Below are positions 29,015-39,720 of a stretch of 64,000 bases of DNA, piece after piece. The DNA is taken from NCBI RefSeq assembly GCF_009914755.1, contig NC_060931.1; one strand, 5' to 3'. Positions within the stretch are counted from its first letter, which is position 1; every line of letters starts with the position of its first letter. Source of the stretch: the human T2T-CHM13v2.0 reference genome, Homo sapiens. Under the pieces are notes generated by a model. The model searched no databases. It was not told where the DNA came from and saw nothing but the letters and a program-made list of their open reading frames with translations. The position numbers and the translations under genes were made by a program.

Positions 29015-30815
29015 GGGCGGGAGTCTCGGTTTGTAGTGGCTTCGCTGAGGCAGTGGTGGCCGCACTGTACCGTTAGAAACTCAGTTTCCCGGAGGTTGTA
29101 AGGCCCTTTGAGGTGAAATGGCTCTGGGCGTGAAAGGAGCAGGCGTTGGCAATGGAAGGACCACCGCGACCTCAGGCTGACCGTAGGGAGGGATCTTGAG
29201 GGCCCTCCGAGTCCCCTGGGCTTGCGCTTTTTTTCTTTGTAGCCACCGTGCCTACCGCGAGGATGAGCTCGGCCTCGGTCACCGCTTTCGAGAAGGAGCA
29301 TCTCTGGATGTATCTGCAGGCGCTCGGCTTCGAGCCAGGCCCAGCAACCATTGCCTGCGGAAAGATCGTGTCGCACACGCACCTCGGAGTTTCTGGACCA
29401 GTCACTCGCCAAAGAAGTTTTCAAATTTTGTTGGCCCCCATTTGACCAAAAAAGTGATACTGAATTCCGAAAACATTGCTGTGAATGGATAAAAAGGATT
29501 TCTGGTGAATGTGGAAGTAGCTTTCCTCAAGTTGTTGGTTCACTATTTCTTTCTCCTGGTGGTCCTAAGTTTATTCATCTGATGTATCATTTTGCAAGAT
29601 TTGTTGCAATGGAATATATTAAATCCAATTCTAAAAATTATCAGTTAAGCAGATACGAAACTTGACATCTGAATGTATAGGATTGGAAAACCAAATAAAG
29701 AAAATGGAACCCTATGATGACCACAGTAACATAGAAGAAAAAATTCAAAAGGTTCGGTCTTTGTGGGCTTCAGTGAATGAAACGCTCATGTTTTTGGAAA
29801 AAGAGAGAGAAGTTGTTAGTTCGGTCCTTAGTCTTGTTAACCAATATGCTTTAGATGGAACTAATGTTGCTATTAATATTCCAAGGCTCTTACTTGACAA
29901 AATTGAGAAACAAATGTTTCAGTTGCACAAAGGAAATGTTTATGAGGCTGGAAAACTGAACCTCTTAACAGTTATTCAGTTATTAAATGAAGTCTTGAAG
30001 GTGATGAAATATGAACGTTGTCAGGCTGATCAAGCAAGATTGACGGTAGACCTTCACTACCTTGAAAAAGAGACCAAATTTCAGAAGGAAAGATTGTCAG
30101 ATCTGAAACATATGAGGTATAGAATAAAAGATGATCTCACAACTATAAGACATTCTGTTGTTGAAAAGCAAGGAGAATGGCATAAAAAGTGGAAAGAATT
30201 TCTTGGTTTGTCTCCTTTCAGTCTAATTAAAGGTTGGACTCCATCTGTAGATCTTTTACCACCAATGTCTCCCCTTTCGTTTGATCCTGCCTCAGAAGAA
30301 GTGTATGCAAAGAGTATTCTTTGTCAGTATCCTGCTTCATTTCCAGATACACATAAGCAACATAACCAAGAAAATGGTTGCAGAGGAGACAGTGATACCT
30401 TGGGAGCTCTACATGATCTAGCCAACAGCCCTGCCTCTTTCTTGTCGCAGTCAGTTTCATCATCAGATAGAAACAGTGTTTCACTACTTGAAAAGGACAC
30501 AAAGATGGGAACTCCCAAAGAAAAAAATGAAGCAATTTCTAAGAAAATACCAGAATTTGAAGTGGAAAATTCTCCATTATCAGATGTTGCAAAGAATACA
30601 GAGAGTAGTGCATTTGGAGGGTCTTTACCAGCTAAAAAAAGTGATCCATTTCAAAAAGAGCAAGATCATCTGGTAGAAGAGGTTGCCAGAGCAGTTTTAT
30701 CTGATTCACCACAGCTCTCTGAAGGAAAAGAAATAAAATTAGAGGAACTAATTGACTCTCTGGGTTCTAACCCCTTCTTAACAAGGAATCAGATTCCCCG
30801 TACTCCAGAAAACTT
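29015..30815 (+). pseudogene. HAUS6P1: Processed pseudogene of HAUS6 (augmin subunit 6), 3'-truncated; probably HAUS6P1
   Basis: Intronless. About 250 nt of 5' UTR, ATG at 29263 (MSSASVTAFEKEHLWMYLQALGFEPG), then LDQSL..KFCWPPFDQKSDTEFRKHCCEW and MEPYDDHSN...NPFLTRNQIPRTPEN in different frames; premature TGA at 29443-29445. The parent gene is certain; the P1 label is from memory. Confidence 0.93.
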
Positions 30816-31620
30816 CAGGATCTTCGTGGTTGCTTTGCCCTGTAGGTCAGAAATTGCAATGGGAACTGCTATTCACTGAACTGGAATCCATAAATATAAT
30901 AAGGGTAACTGAATCCTGGAGTGGCAGGGGCCAGAGGTGACATTTAATTACCAAAGATAAGATGGGTGATTACCATAACAGAGTTTAGAATCAAAGCAGC
31001 AATCAGAAACATCTGACTTGTAGAACCCTATGGTGTCAGCTAGCTGATCATGCTGTCCCTAAAGTTAAATAGATAGGAAGCCTACTGAATTCATACTCAA
31101 TGTGTTTAAGCAAAAAAGTTACAGGTCATGGGAACATAATTCTAAGTTGAATTTTCAAATAGAGAGTTTGGCCCCTCATTAAATGCTCATATTTGAGCCA
31201 GTTTACAGGCTGAGAACCCCTTGAATGAAAGGGAGGTTGGGTCATCTTGAAAATGAATTTTGCTATACTGCTAAAAATGTATAGTGTCCATCTTATTTTC
31301 TGCAGCCTTCTCTAAAGGGTCCTATGGTCTTTTACCGGAATAACTGTGAATTAGAAGAAACGAAATAATCAGACTTTTTAGGATCTACTGATTACTGGCC
31401 CTGCCTAACACTAATTCCCAAAGACACAAAACAACCCTGTGGCCTTCTAGTGAAAGTAGGGCTCATGGAAGCAAGCGATCCATGGAGATGTAGGTCAGAT
31501 CCATTTCACGTGGTTCCAGGCCCATCCTGTGGTTACTTCCCCAGGTCCAGAATGCATAACTGAAGTACATACACTCAGCAGCTGGCAGAATCTCCCTGCT
31601 GGTTCCCTGACATATGATTG
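30813..31620 (+). mobile_element. ERVL internal sequence (gag 3' half into pro)
   Basis: gtggttgct...tgtaggtcaga...gggaactgc...gtggcaggggcca...caaagcagcaatcagaa...atagataggaagcctact match ERVL-int. Confidence 0.8.
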
Positions 31621-31796
31621 CCTCTATTTAGAAAAACAGGAAACCAAAAGCAATACCTTATTCCTGAAGTACCTATGCTCTTGTTTGATGTCATAACCCA
31701 GAAATTGTTGCCAAATCTAATGCCATGAGGTTTCCCCCTCATGTTTTTCTCTAAGAGTTTATAGTTTTCAATTTTTATTGACACATTCAATTTTTT

Positions 31797-32438
31797 AAAA
31801 CTTTTATTTGGAGTTCAAGTGCACATGTGCAGGGTGTGCAGGTTTGTTACATAGGAAAACATGTGTGATGGGAATTTGTTATATAGATTGTTTCATCACC
31901 CAACTATTACACCTAGCAACCATTAGTTATTTTTTCTGATCCTCAGTCTCTTCCCAGCCTCCGCCCTCTGACTTAGCTCAAACTTATAAGTGAGAACATG
32001 TGGTATTTGGTTTTCTGTTCTGGCATTAGTTTGCTAAGGATAATGGCCTCCAGCTTCATCCATGACTGCAAAGGACATGATCTCATTGTTTTTTATGGTT
32101 GCATAGTATTCCATGGTGTATATGTACCACATTTTCTTTACCCAGTCTATCATTGATGGGCATTTAGGTTGATTCCATGTCTTTGCTACAACATCATCAG
32201 AGAAATCCAAATCAAAACCACAATGAGATATCATCTCACACGAGTCAGAATGGCTGTTAAAAAATAAAATAAAAATAAAAAAACAGATCCTGGAAAGGTT
32301 GTGGAGAAATAGGAATGCTTATACACATTTGGGAGTGTAAATTAGTTCAATCATTGTGGAAGACAGTGTGGAGATTTCTTAAAGACCTAAAGAGAGAAAT
32401 ACCATTCTACTAGCAGTCCTATTACTGAGTATACACAC
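31797..32438 (-). mobile_element. L1PA (about PA10-13) 3' end with inverted 5' segment, nested in an older minus-strand L1
   Basis: Antisense 3' UTR/ORF2 end at 31797-32188, then sense atcatcagagaaatccaaatcaaaaccacaatgagata... at 32189-32438. Confidence 0.85.
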
Positions 32439-35400
32439 GAAGGCATTTTATGGTTTTCATTCTTAAGTCTTTGATCCATTTTGAGTATGCCCTATTTTTA
32501 ATTTCAATGGCTTGTAAAATTAATTTGAAATTTTTGAATGACAAAAGCCTATAAAATGTCCTTTAATTGATTATTCATCTTAAAATCTTGATAAAATATG
32601 ATGACATTTGCGATGAACATAATGCCAAAAAATATTAAAATTTTAATTCTGCAAAAATATTTTTAAATTAGTTTAAAAAGAAGCAGTTCACAAAAAAGAT
32701 AAACATCCAATAAATCCATGAACAAATTGAATTAAATGAGACACCATTTCAGCTTACTTATTTACAGAAAAAATTATTCCCTGCTCTTCCCTTGAAATAA
32801 GTCTGTCTTCCGACATAAGGCTAAGCTCCAAGCTAGTTATCTGGGTGCACTTATGTATTCATAAATAAACCACCAATTTTTAAAAAGTGTAAGCAAGCCT
32901 GCGAGGCAAAATCCAAAGTCCATATAACTCTTGGGTGCAGCATGAGCTTTTAGTTTGGAAACCCAGAAAAGAGGGTTGTGCACAGAAGACGTACTTCACG
33001 TTTGCTTGATGAACAGCAAAGTGCTTTACAACAGGAATTTGGAATGAAATTTGTCCAGTTGCTAAGCTAGTGAAGTCATAAAAATAAAGATAAACATATT
33101 TTGTTTTTACTCACAGAAATTCTGCCAGCCTCAACTGATATATTCCAGCCAAAGCAAAGTGGTCTCACTTTTCCTTCCTCCTCTAACACTTTGTGGCCCA
33201 CAACCACAATATCACAGAGAAGATTAAATAAACAAAATGGGAATAAAGTCACAGGAATTCAGTGAGTGCCAAATATGTGCAGTATCAGCCAGAATGATTG
33301 CTGGTAGGGATAAAACAGCACAATAAACTCCCAAGCCACGGAGCGTGTTTGGTAGTGCTGCCAAAAACCACAGTGCCGCCTTATGTGTGCACTTACAAAA
33401 TCTAAATACAGCCTCCCCATGGCACAGCAAGAGCAGAAGTGAGAGGGACAGATATGCTCCCATAAGTGCTGTCACTGGAGACTGGAGCACACCAAGAGCA
33501 TCTTAGTTTAATTTTGAGTAACCACTGGTGAGGATTTGGCAGAATATAAGAAAGAAATTAAAGACCCTTTAAAATAAAATTGATCCATTTCTAACATATA
33601 AATTATTTGATTAAGTACATACAGAGAGTTGGAGAGCAGGGCCCAGATACATGGTGATATCACCCCAGCTTAGAATGGCATGAGTGAAGAAAACATGACA
33701 CAGAAATAGCAGCTAAGTAATAATACCTTGAAAAAAAAGTAAGCCAAGGATTTCTTAACCATTAAGTATTGGAGGTCATTATTACAACCTCACTATATGT
33801 TACTTGTGTAATCATGATTGACTCTAGCAAACTAGATGGAATTCTTTTGTTAAGTACGTATTCAGCAATCCAAATAATCTTTTTCAGAATCTTCATCATA
33901 TCCAGCATGAAGCTGTGCAAACAGCTCAGGTAATTCCAGAGATAACCGCAACTGCCACAATTCTTCTCATCCCAATTCTTTCCTCCCTCACTTCTCTTAT
34001 CTAGGATTTCCTGGATGCATTGCTTATCACATTTCCTGCCTAACAAACAAAGAAAGAGAACAAAACAGGGACCTCAGTCCCATGTTTCAGAATAAAATCT
34101 CTCACTACAGCGGGGTGGCGGAGGCGGGGTGGGGTTTCAACATCTTTGAAGAAAGAACTTGTAACATTCTAACCTCTGATTTTTTAGACCTGTTTAATTC
34201 CTAGACTAACATATTTAATTCACTTTTTCATGGACCTTCATGGCCACACTTTTATGTTTTCCTTACTAGGAACGTCTTTAACACTGAAAACTAATTCTGA
34301 AATATTCCTTTCTCTTAGCATTATCTCTCCTCTTTTCCACTGCCTTACTCTTAGTCTTTCTATTTTGTAAATACAGATGTTTCCTTTTGTTAACCAAGTA
34401 CAATACCTCAACTGTGAATTTATTTACACTCATAGAAGCTTTAAGCCAATGGCCCAAGGATGCAGCCACTTTCTTGCTAACATTCAAAACTTCCACAACT
34501 CATGGTTGGATACATGTTACCATTTGCCTTTTCAGTTCTACATCTGGAATTCTGAGGGCTGAGGGAAATAGCCACATGGCTTAAGGGTAAGGCATTTTCA
34601 GATTCATGGCTAGGGTCTCAATTCGGTCTCATTCAATCCTGGCCAGCAAAATTGTTATGTAAGCTTATGTAGAAACTCTCTCTATACCCTATAGCAGTTG
34701 TTCCATCTCTCCCCATCCTCTGCAAACCAAATTCATTCCCACACCTCTTCACTCAGCAAATCATTGAAAACAGAAAATAACAAAGAAGTCTCACCATACA
34801 ATCAAATCCAATTAATTATAAATCTAGAAGAATTAATATGTGTATAATAGCATAAGGATAGACAATGAATTGATTAAGTGTAATGCAAAATCCAAAACCT
34901 AGGGCCAAATACATACAAACATAAAGATAAAGCAAGTATATATACAAATGTAAGTTTAAAACAGAAGTGGCATTTCACAGCCGTGGAGACACAGAAAGGT
35001 GATAAGGTGCGTGCTGTGAGAATGCCTGACCAGCCATGAGTTTCCATGCCACACTCAGGCCTACACCGACATAAACTTCCCTTGTCCTGGGGTCATTACA
35101 AATACTCAATTACTTGCATTTCATGGAAAACTGCTGCCTATTCCATGGCTCCAGGTTATTGAATATTACAATTCTTCCACTTCAGGTCCCACATGATCCT
35201 ATTGCAGAGTCTACCTTACTTTTTATCTTTCAAGTCATTTTCAGCTTTCTGAGATTGACGTTTCTTTCCCTTCTTTGAACTCCACTGGGACTTGTATACT
35301 ATTTCACGATTTCTTTTATTACTTTGTTTCTAAACATGCTCTGTCCGTGTCTGAAATCCCTCTAGTTGTAAAGATTGTATTTAATTATGTTTATTTCTAG

Positions 35401-35454
35401 TGCCTTTCCCAATACATGATTGGGACTAAGTGATGTACTAATTTTGATTTGGAA

Positions 35455-35585
35455 ATCTTTCATTCCACAAACATTTATTGAGTGTCTACTATAAATGTAG
35501 GTGATGGTATGAGTTGTGAGAAACAGGCTGACGATAAACAAGACCTGGTCCTTGCCCTGGAATGATTCCATAGCCCAGTGGTTGA
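35455..35585 (-). mobile_element. L2 3' fragment
   Basis: caaacatttattgagtgtctactat...ggtccttgccctgga. Confidence 0.55.
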
Positions 35586-37675
35586 GGCAGTTTGACCTGC
35601 AGGAAAAATTTATTATAAAAAAAATTCTGGATGCACTTCGCTTGAAAAACAGAACCATTAGGGATGATTTAATAACACACTGTGATCATATTAAGGTTAG
35701 AAAAGGAGATGCATTAAACTGCTCTCAATCTTTCTGAAGACCCAAAAAGACTATTAAGCACTATATGAATGATAAGTTTGTATAAATAATTGTTGTTAAA
35801 AAGTAGGTTAACATAGGGTGCACGATTTTTATTTTTGGTGCTATTTCAAAATAAGACTGAATCAACTTGTACATATATTTTTTTCAGCAAGGGATTATGT
35901 CAAAATACTCTTTTTGTTTACATGTTATTTTATGCATATTTTGTAATTTTAATTTTATTAGTGCTTGACCATAAGTTCAAGGAGATATTTATTTGGCTTA
36001 ATCTTGATATTTATGATATCAACTTGAAAGTGAATGATAATGCATATTGCAAGGTTTTCTCGTATGAAATATTTGTGGAATTATAAAATAGATCTTACAC
36101 ATTTCTAAGTATTCAAATATTCCTGTTCAGTTATTATACTAAAGATATCTGGAGAAAGTCATTTCTCTTCCAGGGGATTATATGCACACTTGTGACTGAG
36201 ATGCAAAGTCACACTTCAACAAACTAGATGAATTCAGACGTTTAGAAGTGGTGACATTTGCATATAAATTTAAACTCTGCCCCTGAGCTATAAGGATAAA
36301 TTAATAATCCAATTTAAATATTTGAAAGATATGCCTTATAAGAAATACCGCATTAAAAGATAGAGTAAGAATATAGTAGGAAAGATGTTCTTCCTAATAA
36401 CATTTAATTTTATTATCACAAAAATAAAGTATGTGGAGTCCATGCAATTTGTAAAATCTATCTAAAATACACATCTCTAATAAGGAAACTGCTTTAAGGC
36501 AGAAATAATACTCTCATGGCAGTTAAGGTTAATTTGTGAATTTAGTGATAGAGAAGGAGAATTATCCTACCTTAAAGAGAAAAATCAAAAGATAAGTCAA
36601 ATTAAAACATAAACACCGCTAGCAACAATGTCGCTTTAGGTAAAAAACTTTAAAAATGTACATGCCTTGGTACAATCTAAGTTTGGTAGAAACCTCGATG
36701 GGTCAGTAAGTTAAAGGTGAGTGTTCAAATTTACTCATTATCTCAGACAAGGGAAGCACTAAAACTCCAAAGCTATCTTACCATCCTAATTAGAGTTTTC
36801 TCACAATGAATATGCTTGCATATATGAAAATAGTGTGTTGTTTTATTGGTTATATTCAAAGAAGTGTTGAGGAGAGTCCGGAAGACATACATTACATGCA
36901 GTACTTAACTCACATATAGACATGATGGCAAATCAGTCCTCATTATCAATAAATCTGCTCTCACTGAAATTGAGTTCACTCAGTTAATGAAACAAACGTT
37001 AAGGAACCTCAATTGTATAATTAAATTAAAATATAATTGTAATCATGTTAGTTTATTGTGATTTGACTTGCAATTTAACTGACAAATTATTGTCCAGTTC
37101 TTCACATTCATAACACCTAATTGAGAAGAGGAAAGCAGAGGACAGAAAGAGTTTACACAAAATGTTTACATGGAATATGGGAATATTTGAAATTCTCCTC
37201 TAGTTTTATACTCATAATTCCCTTACATGCTTTTCCTCGTGTTTAACTCTACATGTTTACTCAACATGGTGTAACAGTGCGTTTCATGTTTGTGATTTTG
37301 TGTTTATTGAGAGGAGACTTGCCTTTGTGGGGAGAGAGTTGATTATTTGTTTGGCTATAATGCCTGTTCTGTGTTTTTCTTTATATAGGCAAGCTAGCTG
37401 TGAGATTTTTTTTAAGGAGAGTTTATTGGTATAAATTTATCCTGGGCTAAAGAAAATCACTATTCAAAATTATTCCCCAATGGCTTCTATTCAAACCTTG
37501 GGTTAATAAGTTTCCTATGAATACAAGTAAATAAGTAGGACTCATTTTCTTGTTGCTGTGAATTACTTTACCAAAGTAATCACACTGACCGCACTGCCAG
37601 CACTTAGCGAACACACCACTGGAAGGTGCAGGCTCCGGTTAATTGAGCTGAGATGGCAGGACGAGTATGGAATCG

Positions 37676-38600
37676 ATGGTGTGTGGTAGCTAACTCACCT
37701 GGGCTCACAGAAACAACTGTTACATTTTCAGAAACATTATGAGCTGGTTTAAAACATGGCGATTTTTAAAGATTAAAGAAAAATAAATATATTACAAAAA
37801 CAAGTTAATACATAGTTAAACTTCCTTTTCCAGTTATTTTATGTTTTATACTATCCTCTTCACCCTGTGGTTAGATCCCTCCAAAGAACCTGTGTGGGAG
37901 AAACCATGCACAGTAAGGTGCCACTGTGTGTCATGTTGTCCAGCTTCACATTAGCCACAGTAGGAGGAGTCACACCCAGAAATCTGAAAACTCTCCACAT
38001 CAGGGCTTGATGTATTGTTACCTTAACTATACTTAGGAAGTGATGAAGAAATGAAATTCTGCCTATACATTTTTGAAGTTTTCTACCTAAAGATAATGCA
38101 GATTAAGCTTAAAAGTGTGGTATGTGTCTGCAGCCATTACATTATGAATAGCACAAAAATGCTGAAAATTATTTAGTACTAGAAAAGTAATATCATATAT
38201 AGTTCAATAAAGTTACTCTCAACAACAATTGATGAGCAAAGCTCCAACATGTGTATGTCTTTATTATGTTCATCTTTCTTATGCAAGTGAAAAAAATCAA
38301 CCAATATTTATGTTGGAACTATAGTCATGTGTTAATTTCAGCCGTAAGTTAGCTACAAACACAAGAAAAGCTTGGCAAAAATCAATTAAACATTCTGTGA
38401 GAATCAGATGGCTAAATTAAGTTATCAAAAATATTTTATTGTTATTTGTAAATTGAGTGTTGTTACATATCTTTTATATTAGTAATAATTATAATAAACA
38501 AGTATATCTATTTATATATATGCTATATATCTGTTACATATATGTATATGCTTTTTCCATTTGCATATGTTGATTGTTAAACATTTGCCAATATACTGTA
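37676..38600 (+). mobile_element. MER63 (C-like), hAT-Blackjack DNA transposon
   Basis: atcagggcttgat, taatgcagattaagcttaaaagtgtg, cattctgtgagaatca and ttgttaaacattt are colinear with the remembered MER63C consensus. Confidence 0.75.
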
Positions 38601-39680
38601 TGTAATGCAAAAACAGTCATACCTCAGCTTATGTCCATCTCCCTGGACATAAATTGTCCTTGGGCATAAGTCCAGACAAGTACATCCAATATTATTTGTT
38701 CAAACTTATATCTCTCTGGCCAATCCAAGATCTTTCTTAAATAGAGAATCAGAAAATTACTGATAAAATAACATATATCATAAACTCCAATAAAAATCCT
38801 TATCTCAATGTATATAATGAGGCTTGCAAACAAGCTATCCAGAAGATATCTGCAATGCAATTTTGGTTAATTACATGGCATTGATTCATCTTTTTTCAAT
38901 CTTCCTGTTAAAATTAGCAAACTCCAAACAAAACAAACAAACAAGAAGAACCTATGCTGAAACAGCACGTATTGTTCAATAATGTACCAAATATCATGAA
39001 GAATTACCACTAATTCCAAAAGAATGGGCCATGAAAAGTGATAACTGGTAGCAAACTCACCCATAAATGTTTGAAAAAATAAAAAATGGCATTAGCTTCC
39101 ACCCCATGCCCACCCTCCAACCTTATATCAGACAATTAGGCCTGGTAATAAGATACAAATCATCGCATTTGTTCCCAACAGAGTTCCTTCTACAGAGAAC
39201 CTAATGATATATCTCATTTTCTACATCCACTCAGGAGATTGTAGCTTCTGGTAACAATAGTCTCAAAGGAACAAGGGAGCAGAAAGTACTATATTAAATA
39301 GTGGTGTGTAAGGTGCAATCAGGAATATGAGAAATGCGAGAGTCTTCCAGGCATAACTATTGGCAAAAACAGTAATGCAGTCTATTTAATGCCATCATAA
39401 ACAAACATAGCACAACATTCAGTGGACAAATTCGAATGAAATGTGAAAAACAGTGTTTAGCCAAAGGCATATAAAAGGAATACTTATCCCACCAATGGTG
39501 CTCACATTTAAAAGCCCAAGAATAAATGAATTACAAGTTTAACTAAGAGGGTTTAAAATTCTAAAATAAAATGAACTTTGAAAAGTCAGAAAAATAAGAA
39601 AATTAAAAGGAACTATTTTTAAATTAGGAAACTGAAATCTGGTGTAAATGAATGATCAAATCAAAGTTTAAAAAATTGCT

Positions 39681-39682
<2 letters not shown>

Positions 39683-39717
<35 letters not shown>

Positions 39718-39720
39718 ATA
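39683..39720. repeat. (TAAA)n microsatellite
   Basis: About 9 units read directly. Confidence 0.95.

Noticed and set aside
28966-29424. 152-aa minus-strand ORF
   Set aside because: Antisense to the GC-rich HAUS6 5' UTR/exon 1 and running into L1; no independent coding evidence.
29263-30879. Functional HAUS6 gene
   Set aside because: Intronless, frameshifted with a stop at 29443, and missing the C-terminal third; it is a pseudogene.
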